Of a DNA stretch of 64,000 nt, positions 1 through 9,108 are shown one piece after another; position 1 is the first letter of the stretch; the number at the start of each line of letters is the position of its first letter. A program made the translations under genes and the position numbers. Origin of the DNA: Candidatus Auribacterota bacterium (lineage in GTDB: Bacteria; Auribacterota; JAFGBW01; JAFGJP01); NCBI GenBank assembly GCA_023144635.1, contig JAGLFH010000001.1:10324-74323 (forward strand). The letters are read 5' to 3'. Below the pieces are notes generated by a model. It was not told the origin of the DNA. It saw only the letters and a program-made list of their open reading frames with translations, and ran no database searches.

Positions 1-72
1 GTTTGTTTTCATATTAGTGATAATGATTTTAAAATTAGCGAGAATTCGCGTCTAAACAAAAGGAGTAAAGTT

Positions 73-1455
73 ATGCCAAGGATAAGTAGTAGACAAAAAT
101 CGGAAAAGCCTGCTGGTGGACAAAACAGGAATGAAAAAGAAAGAGTTAAAGATATAAAACCTCAAAATAGAGATGCTCAAGTTAATGCTAAGAAAAGAGA
201 AACAAGCATTAATATTGCTTTGTTGCAGAAAATGACAATATCTGCACTTAGTAAACTGGCAAGAGAATTTAATGTAGAAGGTATTTCTGTAAAGAAAAAA
301 CATGATCTGATATTTGATATTCTTAAAGCTAATTCAGAGCGTGATGGCCTTATGTTCAGTGAAGGTGTCCTGGAGGTCTTGCCTGATGGATTTGGTTTTT
401 TACGTTCACCTAACTTCAATTATTTGCCATGTCCTGAAGACATTTATGTGTCTCCTTCGCAGATCAGGCGATTTGACCTTAAAACAGGTGATACTGTTTC
501 CGGTCAGATACGTCCGCCTAAAGAAAAAGAGCGCTACTTTGCATTATTGCATGTTGAAGCGGTTAATTATGAGTCTCCTGAAAAAGCAAAAGAGAAAATA
601 TTATTTGATAACCTTACACCGCTTTATCCTAATGCACGTTTTATTCTTGAAACAGACCAAAAAAATATGTCCATGAGGGTTATGGATATGCTTACTCCTA
701 TAGGTAAAGGACAAAGAGGTATTATTGTTGCTCCTCCTAGGACAGGAAAAACTGTAATCCTTCAGCAGATAGCAAATGGTATTACAACGAATCACCCTGA
801 AGTTAAACTGATAGTTCTTCTTATTGATGAACGTCCTGAAGAAGTTACCGATATGGAAAGAACCGTAAATGGTGAAGTAGTAAGCTCTACCTTTGATGAA
901 GCGCCTGAAAGACATATTCAGGTAGCTGAAATGGTAATAGAAAAAGCAAAAAGACTAGTAGAACATAATCATGATGTTGTTATCCTTCTTGATAGTTTAA
1001 CACGTCTTGCAAGAGCGTATAATACTGTTCAGCCTCACAGCGGTAAAATACTTACCGGAGGTGTCGATGCTCATGCATTACATAAACCAAAAAGATTTTT
1101 TGGTGCTGCGAGAAATATTGAAGACGGTGGAAGCCTTACAATATTAGCAACCTGCCTTGTTGATACAGGAAGCCGCATGGATGAAGTAATATTTGAAGAA
1201 TTCAAAGGTACGGGTAATATGGAAATAAATCTTGACCGACGTTTGATAGATAAAAGAATATTTCCTGCAATGGATGTTGAAAAATCAGGTACAAGGAAAG
1301 AAGAACTTTTACTTCATCCGGATGAACTTAAGAAAATATGGGTGCTTCGTAGGGCTCTTAGCGGCATGAATCCTGTTGAGATGATGGAGCTTCTTGTAGA
1401 ACGAATAAAAAAGACAGGGACAAATGCGGAATTTTTGATGTCATTAAATACTTAG
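73..1455 (+). CDS. rho: Transcription termination factor Rho
   Basis: [47 protein letters not shown] and [12 protein letters not shown] motifs. Confidence 0.98.
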   Translation: MPRISSRQKSEKPAGGQNRNEKERVKDIKPQNRDAQVNAKKRETSINIALLQKMTISALSKLAREFNVEGISVKKKHDLIFDILKANSERDGLMFSEGVLEVLPDGFGFLRSPNFNYLPCPEDIYVSPSQIRRFDLKTGDTVSGQIRPPKEKERYFALLHVEAVNYESPEKAKEKILFDNLTPLYPNARFILETDQKNMSMRVMDMLTPIGKGQRGIIVAPPRTGKTVILQQIANGITTNHPEVKLIVLLIDERPEEVTDMERTVNGEVVSSTFDEAPERHIQVAEMVIEKAKRLVEHNHDVVILLDSLTRLARAYNTVQPHSGKILTGGVDAHALHKPKRFFGAARNIEDGGSLTILATCLVDTGSRMDEVIFEEFKGTGNMEINLDRRLIDKRIFPAMDVEKSGTRKEELLLHPDELKKIWVLRRALSGMNPVEMMELLVERIKKTGTNAEFLMSLNT

Positions 1456-1472
1456 TATGATAGGGGGAAACA

Positions 1473-2738
1473 GTGAAAAACATTACAGCTGTTGTTTTGG
1501 CTGCAGGAAAAAGCAAGAGGATGAGATCCTCTACTTCAAAAGTATTACATAAACTGCAGGGAAAAACAGTAATAAGCTATGTTTATTCATCTTTGAAAAA
1601 AGCTGGTGTCGGAAAAGCTGTTACTGTTGCTTCAATAGATAATATAAACGGTCTTAAAAAAGAAGCTGAAAAAGTTGGTATCAGATCTTTATTTGCTATT
1701 CAAAAACAGCAAAAAGGGACATCTGATGCTGTAAGAACAGCATTCAAAAGTGCCATATCTCTTGGAAACTCAATTATTGTTACTTCAGGCGACATGCCAC
1801 TTGTTTCGAACAGTACTTACAAAAAACTGATAAATAAATTTTATCGTACAAAGGCAGATTGTACTATGCTTACAGGCAAGATGCCTGAACCTTACGGATA
1901 TGGTCGTATAATCCGAAGCAGCAACAAGATCATAGATATACGTGAAGAAAAAGATCTTGTACAGGCTGAAAGATCAATCGATGAAATAAATGCAGGAGTC
2001 TATGTTTTTAAAACATCAGCATTAAAAAAGTTCATTAAAAACATAAAGAACAAAAACCGCCAGAAAGAGTTTTATTTAACTGATATTATTTCTCTTTTTG
2101 TTCAAAACGGACAAATTGTAAATTCTGTTACTTTACAGAACTTTGAAGAACTTCAGGGAATTAATACTCGTGAAGATCTAAGGCATCTTATGTCTATTCT
2201 GTGGAAATGGAAAAATAAAGAACTTATGGTAAAAGGTGTGACGATAGAAGACCCTGATACTACTTATATTGATATGGACGTTGTTATTGGAAAGGATACT
2301 GTTATAAAGCCATTTACTGTTATTGAGAGCGGAACAAAAGTAGGAAGTAACTGTGAAATAGGACCGTTTTCTCATATAAGGAACAGTGCTGTAATAATGG
2401 ATACTGCAGAGGTCGGTAATTTTGTTGAGGTGAAAAAATCAATAATAAAGCCCGGAGCCAAAGCAAAACATTTATCCTATCTCGGTGATTCCGTTGTTGG
2501 TAAAAAAGCAAATATAGGGGCAGGTACGATCACCGCTAATTTTGACGGTAAGAACAAATTTGTAACTAATATAGGTGATAATTGTTATATAGGAAGTAAT
2601 ACTGTCCTGATAGCTCCTGTAACGCTCAAGAAGGGTGTTAAAACAGGTTCCGGAACTGTTGTTACCCGTAATCAGATAATTCCTCAAAATAGCCTTATTG
2701 TGGGCGTTCCAGGAAAGATAATAAAGAAGTTGAAATAA
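1473..2738 (+). CDS. glmU: Bifunctional UDP-GlcNAc pyrophosphorylase / glucosamine-1-P N-acetyltransferase
   Basis: LAAGKSKRM, GYGRI, EINAGVY, EFYLTD, hexapeptide repeats, HLSYLGD and NIGAGTITANFDG; GTG start after GGGGA. Confidence 0.96.
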   Translation: MKNITAVVLAAGKSKRMRSSTSKVLHKLQGKTVISYVYSSLKKAGVGKAVTVASIDNINGLKKEAEKVGIRSLFAIQKQQKGTSDAVRTAFKSAISLGNSIIVTSGDMPLVSNSTYKKLINKFYRTKADCTMLTGKMPEPYGYGRIIRSSNKIIDIREEKDLVQAERSIDEINAGVYVFKTSALKKFIKNIKNKNRQKEFYLTDIISLFVQNGQIVNSVTLQNFEELQGINTREDLRHLMSILWKWKNKELMVKGVTIEDPDTTYIDMDVVIGKDTVIKPFTVIESGTKVGSNCEIGPFSHIRNSAVIMDTAEVGNFVEVKKSIIKPGAKAKHLSYLGDSVVGKKANIGAGTITANFDGKNKFVTNIGDNCYIGSNTVLIAPVTLKKGVKTGSGTVVTRNQIIPQNSLIVGVPGKIIKKLK

Positions 2739-2765
2739 AAAATTCAAAATAAAAAAAACCAAGAT

Positions 2766-2808
2766 AAAAAACATTAGGGGCGCTTCGAGAAGCGCTCCTA
2801 ATGTTTTT
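2766..2808 (+). terminator. Intrinsic terminator after rho-glmU
   Basis: AAAAACATTAGGGGCGCTT/AAGCGCTCCTAATGTTTTT hairpin directly after the glmU stop. Confidence 0.7.
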
Positions 2809-3050
2809 AGTATATAAAGTAAAAAATAATTTTTGGCGGCCACTTCAGGAACTTTCCTTTTTACGTGGTTTCCTGCCTGTCTAGCGGCAAGGTCGCTGGT
2901 TTTTGCAGGAATGACGACTTTCTGTATTTCCATTTTGTATTTCTCCGTGTTCTCTGTGGTTAAATTTCTAAGATATGCAACGTACACCTTAGCTTCCATA
3001 TGCAGTTACGTTTTGCTCTTTATACGGTCATGTGATAAAATTTTTATGTT

Positions 3051-3605
3051 ATGGAAAATAATAAAAAGATCCTATTACATGTTTGTTGTGCGACTTGTGG
3101 AGCCGGTTGTGTGGAAAGGCTGAAAGAGCTTGATTTCTCGGATATAGTCCTTTTTGAGTTCAATCCAAATATTTATCCAATAGATGAGTATGAAAGACGT
3201 AAGAAGGATATGATTTCTCTTAGTGAAATAAAAAAAATACCTCTTTATACGGGTGCTTATGACCATGAAGAATGGTTGAAGCAAATAGAAGGCTTGCAAA
3301 AAGAACCTGAAGGAGGTAAAAGGTGTGATGTTTGTTTTAAGCTAAGACTTAAAATGACAGCTAAAAAGTCTAAAGAACTTAATATTCGGTTTTTTACAAC
3401 AACTTTAACGGTCAGCCCTCATAAAAATTTTAAAAGAATAGAACTTATAGGTAAAGAAGCCGGTAAGGAATACGAAGTAGATTTTTACTCTACTGATTTT
3501 AAAAAGAATGACGGTTTTAAAAAAAGTATTGAAGCGAGTAAAAAATATGGATTTTACAGACAGAACTATTGCGGATGTGAATTCAGCATAAGAAAAAAAG
3601 CATAA
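3051..3605 (+). CDS. queH: Epoxyqueuosine reductase QueH
   Basis: LLHVCCATC, NPNIYP, EGGKRCDVCF, TTLTVSPHK and YRQNYCGCEFS. Confidence 0.93.
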   Translation: MENNKKILLHVCCATCGAGCVERLKELDFSDIVLFEFNPNIYPIDEYERRKKDMISLSEIKKIPLYTGAYDHEEWLKQIEGLQKEPEGGKRCDVCFKLRLKMTAKKSKELNIRFFTTTLTVSPHKNFKRIELIGKEAGKEYEVDFYSTDFKKNDGFKKSIEASKKYGFYRQNYCGCEFSIRKKA

Positions 3606-5872
3606 TGAATATTTCTATATTAAAAGAAAATACTATTAAAAAAATCGATAAATACAAAATAGAAATAGGTGTTGTGATCTTTCTTCTTCTCGGTGTTTTT
3701 ATACTTTCTTATTCTTCTTTTCCTGATATTTTAGAAAATTATGCGCTTGATTTAAGATTTAAGATGAGAAAGCCTGAAAAACAGCGTGAAGATATTGTTA
3801 TTATAGAAATAGCACAGGATACCCTTGATAAACTGAATAGCCGTTTTCCCATTCCAAGGCGCCATTACGCAAAACTGATAACTGCGCTAAATACATTTAA
3901 ACCAAAATTAATTGCTTTTGATATTGTTTTTGCAGAGCCGGAGAATTCTATAATGGATTTTCGGCAGTTCAAAAATTATATGGAAAAAGCTGCTGGTAAA
4001 AGTATTGATGAGAAGCTTCTTCGTAAAAAATATGATTCTCTTTATGAGTCCGGCGTGTTGTCAAAATTTGATGATGAGATATTCCGTATGAACATGAAGC
4101 AGGCAGGTAATGTTTTTTTACCTTATTATTTTACGATAAATGATTTTGCTGCTGATGATGCGGGCTTTTTTATTGCTGATGAAAAACAGGAAATTTATAA
4201 ACCTTTTAATGATGTAATTACAGATAGTGGTTTTATAAATGTTGATCTTAGAGAGGCCATAGTACGCAAGATACCTCTTTATGTTAAGCATAAAGGAAAA
4301 ATTTATCCTCATATTGCTCTTCAGCTTGCTTCATATGTTTTAGGGATCGATGATAAAGAAAAAGTAAAGATAGATAAAGGCATTGTTAAGTTGACAGGTG
4401 AGACGATCATACCTGTTGATGAAAATTACCAAATGAGAGTAAACTGGGCAGGGAAATGGACGAAAACTTTTAAACATTATTCGTTTATTGATATTATAAA
4501 TTCATATACGAGTATTATGAAAGGTGAAAAGCCTTTAATAGATCTATCTCAATTTAAAGATAAAATATGTATAGTCGGGCTTACTGAAACAGGCCTTGCT
4601 GATGCTAAGCCGGTTCCTGTAGAAGATATTATGCCTGGAGTCGGAACATGGCTGCATGCTATTAATACTATACTTACAAAAAGATTTATAAAGCATTACC
4701 CTGTGCAGGCGACTTTTTTGTATTCACTTGCATTAATGCTTACAGCAATACTCATCATAAAAAAATGGCAGCCTACAAAAAGCATTCCTTCAGTTATTAT
4801 TATGACTCTTCTTTATATTAGCTTTGTTTTTTTTGTGTTTAATAAAGCAGGGATCTGTCTTGATATTGCGCGTCCTACTTTACTTATTGTCTTAGGAGTT
4901 GTTGCAACTCAAAGTTATAACTATTTGAAATTGAAAGATATGATGGATCTTCAGCTTACGTTTGAACAAAAACTTGTTATGACATCAAAAACCGGAGTGC
5001 CTCTTGATAAACAAAAGATAGGAAAATATCAAGTCTTAGGTGAGGTAGGAAGAGGAGGTATGGCTATTGTATTTAAAGGCAAAGAGTTTTCAACAGGAAG
5101 GATAGTTGCTTTAAAAGTCATTAATCCTCAATTTTCATCTGATGTTACATTTAAAATAAGGTTTAAAAGAGAAGCAAAGGTGTTGATGAGGATAAAACAT
5201 AAAAACATTATCGAGATCTACGAGCTGAATAAGCAGAATGGTGTTTATTACTTTGCTATGGAATTTTTCCCGGGTAAAGGATTTAAGGAAAGATTTTCTT
5301 CTTTCAGAAAAAAAGGTGAAAAAGAAATAGTAAGTATTATTATTCAAATACTTGAAGGATTAAGAGCTTGTCATGAAAAAGATATAGTACATCGTGATAT
5401 TAAACCCGATAATATTCTTATTGATGATAAGAATATTATTAAGATAACTGACTTTGGGCTTGCGCGTCCTATTGAAGATGATTATTTAATGACGACTATA
5501 GGTCAGGCTGTGGGTACTCCTGCTTATTGTGCTCCGGAACAGATCATGGGTAAAAAGGTCACTGCTAAATCAGATATTTATTCTCTAGGGGTCTTAACCT
5601 ATGAAATGGTTGTAGGCAGCTTGCCGTATCAGGCAAAAACAATAGCAGATCTTGCCCGCCAGAAGGTGTATGGGAAGGTTACGCCGTTTCCATCAAATTG
5701 TGTTGTCTCTAAAGAGTTCCAGGACATAATAATGAAAATGCTTGCAGCTCAACCTCCAATGCGTTATCAAAGTGTTGATGAAATTTTGGAAGATTTTAAT
5801 AAAAAAGTAGAAGAAAAAGAGTCGATAAGTGATTCTGTTACTCAAACATGGGAACCTGAAGGACAAGAGTAA
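3605..5872 (+). CDS. CHASE2-domain membrane sensor with C-terminal Hanks-type Ser/Thr kinase
   Basis: N-terminal TM, CHASE2 motifs (IVIIEI, FPIPR, IAFDIVFAEP, MPGV), three TM helices, then GRGGMAIV, VALK, HRDIKPDN, DFG and APE. Confidence 0.9.
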   Translation: MNISILKENTIKKIDKYKIEIGVVIFLLLGVFILSYSSFPDILENYALDLRFKMRKPEKQREDIVIIEIAQDTLDKLNSRFPIPRRHYAKLITALNTFKPKLIAFDIVFAEPENSIMDFRQFKNYMEKAAGKSIDEKLLRKKYDSLYESGVLSKFDDEIFRMNMKQAGNVFLPYYFTINDFAADDAGFFIADEKQEIYKPFNDVITDSGFINVDLREAIVRKIPLYVKHKGKIYPHIALQLASYVLGIDDKEKVKIDKGIVKLTGETIIPVDENYQMRVNWAGKWTKTFKHYSFIDIINSYTSIMKGEKPLIDLSQFKDKICIVGLTETGLADAKPVPVEDIMPGVGTWLHAINTILTKRFIKHYPVQATFLYSLALMLTAILIIKKWQPTKSIPSVIIMTLLYISFVFFVFNKAGICLDIARPTLLIVLGVVATQSYNYLKLKDMMDLQLTFEQKLVMTSKTGVPLDKQKIGKYQVLGEVGRGGMAIVFKGKEFSTGRIVALKVINPQFSSDVTFKIRFKREAKVLMRIKHKNIIEIYELNKQNGVYYFAMEFFPGKGFKERFSSFRKKGEKEIVSIIIQILEGLRACHEKDIVHRDIKPDNILIDDKNIIKITDFGLARPIEDDYLMTTIGQAVGTPAYCAPEQIMGKKVTAKSDIYSLGVLTYEMVVGSLPYQAKTIADLARQKVYGKVTPFPSNCVVSKEFQDIIMKMLAAQPPMRYQSVDEILEDFNKKVEEKESISDSVTQTWEPEGQE

Positions 5873-5977
5873 TACATCTACTTCGTTAAGTTCAAAAGAT
5901 AACAACTTGCTGTATGGGGAAATACAGCTTCGTCGTCCTCTTTATCCTTGCCTCGTATATATATCACTCTTGTCCTT
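5859..5977 (+). repeat. Cruciform repeat family A, copy 1
   Basis: Core CATCTACTTCGTTAAG...TGTAT-n-ATACA..CTTCGTC...CTTGCCTCGT shared with copies at 22.4, 22.6 and 24.7 kb; outer arms 5859-5875 and 5961-5977 are inverted. Confidence 0.75.
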
Positions 5978-6086
5978 TAGAGTATATGATCGGAAGTATG
6001 AGATGTGTTTTGTGTGTTAAAGCAACGCAAAAGAAAAAGTATGTAGGGGCGAAAAATCTTTCGCCCGTGTAGATTCGTAATAAATA

Positions 6087-6400
6087 GAAACAACCCCTTA
6101 ATGGAGAGAGGGATTATTCGCGGCCCTTGTGCCGCTCACCCTTCACCTGATGGTTCAGGGCCTTCCTCCCGGTCGGAAGTTCAAACGCTTGTGTTTTGCA
6201 TCTCCGCCAGAGGCGGATCCGCCTTCGGAGGACATGGCGCATTTGTCGAACCCTTTATGGAAAGTACCAAAACCCAAGCATCAAATAACAAATTAGTAGC
6301 TTTCCTTAGAATATAAGATACTGAGATTGTCGAAGTAATTGATATTTGTTATTTGCTTTTTGGAGTTTATTTTGTGAAGCGAAATAGTGTGTTCTCATCC
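6087..6400 (-). repeat. tRNA-linked structured element ending in a copy of the tRNA-Ser 3' end
   Basis: + strand GGAGAGAGGGATT|ATTCGCGGC...GCCGCTCACCCT...TTCAAACGCTTG...TTTG|TCGAACCC...GTTCTCATCC; homologous to 24588-24888. Confidence 0.75.
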
Positions 6401-6513
6401 CTGTAAAAACAAGAAAACAGACGGCAGATAACAGAGGACAGATAAAAAGATTGTTGGTGATTTTTTTAATGTTTGGAAGGTTTTTCTGTTTTCTGTAAAC
6501 CTCATGATATTTA

Positions 6514-6659
6514 TTTTTTCGCTAGAGAGTAAAATAAATGATTCAGGTACAAGACGGAGTGGCATTTTTCAACCGGAGTGTATGTGTGAATACATGAGGA
6601 TTGGAAAATTCCAAACAACGCAGTAGATGAGTGATTTTTTTGCTCTCTAGCGAAAAAAA
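6514..6659 (-). repeat. Cruciform repeat family A, reverse copy abutting the tRNA-Ser 3' end
   Basis: Inverted arms TTTTTTCGCTAGAGAGTAAAA / TTTTGCTCTCTAGCGAAAAAA; reverse complement of core reads CATCTACTGCGTT...CCTCATGTAT..ATACAC...GTCTTGTA. Confidence 0.65.
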
Positions 6660-6660
6660 A

Positions 6661-6747
6661 CGGAGAGAGAGGGATTCGAACCCCCGGTCCCTTTCGGGAC
6701 AACGGTTTTCAAGACCGCCGCGTTAAGCCAGACTCTGCCATCTCTCC
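6661..6747 (-). tRNA. tRNA-Ser(TGA), CCA not encoded
   Basis: GGAGAGA acceptor stem, anticodon loop CTTGAAA, long variable arm GTCCCGAAAGGGAC, GGTTCGAATCC T-arm, discriminator G. Confidence 0.96.
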
Positions 6748-7029
6748 ATTAAAGGGTTGTTTCGTACTAATATTCTTTTCTTTTATATTACCAAAATGTT
6801 CTTTAATCCATGAACGTCCAACTCCGGATTTAAGAAAATTTTCTCTTTTCCTTGCTTCAGTGTAAGTATTGAAGATTTCCTTATGAATAAGTATCCAAGG
6901 ACATCCACTTTTTGTTGATCGTGTTTTACCTCTATTGTGTTCCTTTAAGCGATTTTCAATACTACCCTTAGTTGCTCCAATATAAAACTTATTTTTCTTT
7001 CTACTGAATAAAATATATGTAAAAGTCAT
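6709..7029 (-). CDS. Small stand-alone GIY-YIG nuclease; 3' end overlaps tRNA-Ser
   Basis: FTYILFS..KFYIGAT..RLKEHNRG..STK..PW..EARKRENFLKSGVGR matches the UPF0213/SLX1-like GIY-YIG pattern. Confidence 0.9.
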   Translation of the reverse strand: MTFTYILFSRKKNKFYIGATKGSIENRLKEHNRGKTRSTKSGCPWILIHKEIFNTYTEARKRENFLKSGVGRSWIKEHFGNIKEKNISTKQPFNGEMAESGLTRRS

Positions 7030-7035
7030 AATTTA

Positions 7036-7103
7036 CGCGTTTCCGCCAAAGGCGGATCCGCCTTTGGCGGAAAGCCAGACTCTGCTTTTCTCTCCATTAA
7101 AGG
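7036..7103 (-). repeat. Degenerate duplicate of the tRNA-Ser leader and 5' end with a 30-bp palindrome inserted
   Basis: CGCGTT[TCCGCCAAAGGCGGATCCGCCTTTGGCGGA]AAGCCAGACTCTGCtttTCTCTCCATTAAAGG versus CGCGTTAAGCCAGACTCTGCcaTCTCTCCATTAAAGG at 6719-6755. Confidence 0.85.
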
Positions 7104-7126
7104 CTTTTTCTGTAAGAAAAAATGAT

Positions 7127-7155
7127 ATATTATTGTAAAAAGCTATTTTTAGCAA
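7127..7155 (-). promoter_or_regulatory. Putative sigma70 promoter for the GIY-YIG/tRNA-Ser unit
   Basis: TTGCTA-N17-TAATAT on the minus strand; weak evidence in AT-rich DNA. Confidence 0.4.
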
Positions 7156-7457
7156 TATTTTTTATAAAATATATGCTATATATAAAATATAGGGTTATAT
7201 GAGAAAAAATTAAAATTCATGCCAAAAATGTCAATTTTATCCTTTTTTTCAAAAAAACGTTTAAATCACTTTACACATTGTTAAATTAAAAGTTGTTAGA
7301 TTTTATTGTTTTATAGGGTTTTTAGTATTTCCTATAGGGGAAATCAAAAGAAATAAGAAAATATCACAAAACTACTTTACTTTTTTTAAAAAATGTATTA
7401 TGTTTATATTAGATGAAAAAACCTGTAAAAAAACCCAAAAACAAAGGAGAAGGGGTT

Positions 7458-7853
7458 ATGTTAAGAGAAAAACGCGGTTTTACTATTGTTGAACTGTTGG
7501 TCGTAATTGCCATTATATTGATTTTGGCAGCTTTTGTTACTCCTGTAGTATCAAGAGCAAGAGCAAAAGCAAGAGCAACAGAATGTGTTAACAATGTTCG
7601 TCAAGGTGCTATGGCACAAATAATGTATGCACAGGACCATAATGATACAACTACAGCTCTTTGGGCAGATCTGCTTGGAGACTATTGTGATGCAACAATC
7701 CAGAGTTGTCCTAAAGCTGGTAACTATACTCTTACAGCAGTTAATTTAGACCCAGTAGCTGTTTGTATTGTTGGAGCAGCCGCTAACCATCCTACATTTC
7801 CAACTTGGTTTTCTGAAGGTACTACTGATGGTAGGGCAGTCTGGAAAGAATAA
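7458..7853 (+). CDS. Prepilin-type N-methylation domain protein (DUF1559-like pseudopilin)
   Basis: RGFTIVELLVVIAIILILAA..P...RARAKAR..C.NN.RQ...YAQD; start moved to ATG 7458 after GGAGAAGGGG (ORF track starts at 7413). Confidence 0.85.
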   Translation: MLREKRGFTIVELLVVIAIILILAAFVTPVVSRARAKARATECVNNVRQGAMAQIMYAQDHNDTTTALWADLLGDYCDATIQSCPKAGNYTLTAVNLDPVAVCIVGAAANHPTFPTWFSEGTTDGRAVWKE

Positions 7854-7885
7854 TCAAATTTTAGCTTGATTAAATTCTAAAAATC

Positions 7886-7920
7886 AAAATCCCCTTTTCG
7901 TTTGAGAAGGGGATTTTTTT
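7886..7920 (+). terminator. Intrinsic terminator after prepilin gene
   Basis: AAAATCCCCTTTTC/GAGAAGGGGATTTT hairpin followed by a T run. Confidence 0.8.
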
Positions 7921-7944
7921 GTCTATGAGTATTTTGTAATTAGT

Positions 7945-8355
7945 TTAAATGTCCATAGTCCCTTCGACTCGTTACACTCGCTCAAGGTAGGCAATAGTCT
8001 AACAGTCAGAGAAAAGCAAAGGAATCTTAGCCGCGAAGAGCGCGAAGGAACATGAAGTAATGAACCATGTGGGGTTCATTATGAACGAAAAGATAAAAGT
8101 ATGTTATGTATGCGAAAACAGGAATCTAAGACAAATATTTGAACTTTATTTTGTGGTTTTTTATCCTTGCGTCTTGAGTCTGGAGTTTTGATATTTATCT
8201 AAATAATTTACGAGTCGAGTATATAGCAAATACAAGGCATCAAGCACGCAGCTGTATATTATACTGCAAGTGTTTGGTTACGCAGAAGATGCTATGTAAT
8301 CGGCTCGCCTTTGGTAAATACAGCCGGAATATAATCATCTTATTCCTATAAAAAA
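7945..8355. repeat. Intergenic mosaic of short repeats plus a reverse family A copy (about 8210-8310)
   Basis: CCCTTCGACTCGTTACACTCGCTCAAGG, GCCGCGAAGAGCGCGAAG, ATGAACCATGTGGGGTTCAT (also at about 54946); its 3' flank matches 34094-34140. Confidence 0.6.
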
Positions 8356-8455
8356 TTGGGAAAACAGGAGCGATTATATTGATTGCTATTCTTTTTTGTT
8401 TAATAAGCTGCTAATAATAAAAAAGGTTTTTTGGCTGTATTTATAAATATTTAGG

Positions 8456-8875
8456 TTAATCTACTATATGACGTGTAATCGTCTTTTTAGAATCCAGTAT
8501 TTTAATAATACGGTCAAAAAGGTCATTAAAATCATAAGGTTTGGTAATATAGTCATCAACGCCTACTCGTATTCCCTGAATAACATCTGTAGTCCTTGTT
8601 TTAGCAGTAAGGAATATAATAGGAATATCTTCTGTTTCCTGTTTTTCTTTTAACTTCTTGCAGGTCTCAAAGCCGTCCATTTCAGGCATCATGACATCAA
8701 GAAGGATAATATCAGGTTTTTTTTCTTCTACTCTTTTAAGAGCCTCAATTCCGTTTTCAGCCTCAAAAACAGTAATGTTCTTTTTCATGGTAAGTTTTAG
8801 ATTAAGTATATATCTTGCGTTTTCCTCATCATCAACTATTAAAACCGTGATTGGCTTTTTTTCACCTGATTCCAT
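8456..8875 (-). CDS. Single-domain response regulator (receiver)
   Basis: VLIVDDE, PDIILLDVMMPEMDG, PIIFLTA and DYITKP. Confidence 0.93.
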   Translation of the reverse strand: MESGEKKPITVLIVDDEENARYILNLKLTMKKNITVFEAENGIEALKRVEEKKPDIILLDVMMPEMDGFETCKKLKEKQETEDIPIIFLTAKTRTTDVIQGIRVGVDDYITKPYDFNDLFDRIIKILDSKKTITRHIVD

Positions 8876-9108
8876 ACAGCCTCCTGATAATCAATATTTA
8901 TTATTGTATTATGCCCTAATTGCCGTAATTTCTCAATATAAATTGTTAATCCTGCTAAAACCTTTCCTCTGTGAATTCTGTGTTATCTCCTTTGACTCAC
9001 TTCGTTCATTCAGGACAAGTGTGGCAAATGGCTTTTGTTTTTTTTATAATATCGCGCGAGAGCGCTCCTCAACTTTAGGCACTTTAAACTTCAAACTTTT
9101 AACTGTTT

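Noticed and set aside
3605-5872. Novel signalling architecture
   Set aside because: CHASE2 plus Ser/Thr kinase is an established domain combination.
6100-6680. Classical integrase-driven genomic island between attL and attR
   Set aside because: Only 300-560 bp lie between each tRNA and its 3' copy, with no integrase or cargo; reported instead as a tRNA-linked repeat.
6661-6747. Selenocysteine tRNA
   Set aside because: The anticodon is TGA (reads UCA, Ser), not TCA, and the acceptor stem is 7 bp.
6709-7103. Group I intron with homing endonuclease in tRNA-Ser
   Set aside because: The tRNA is intact and contiguous, and there is no room for an intron core between the 5' duplicate and the ORF.
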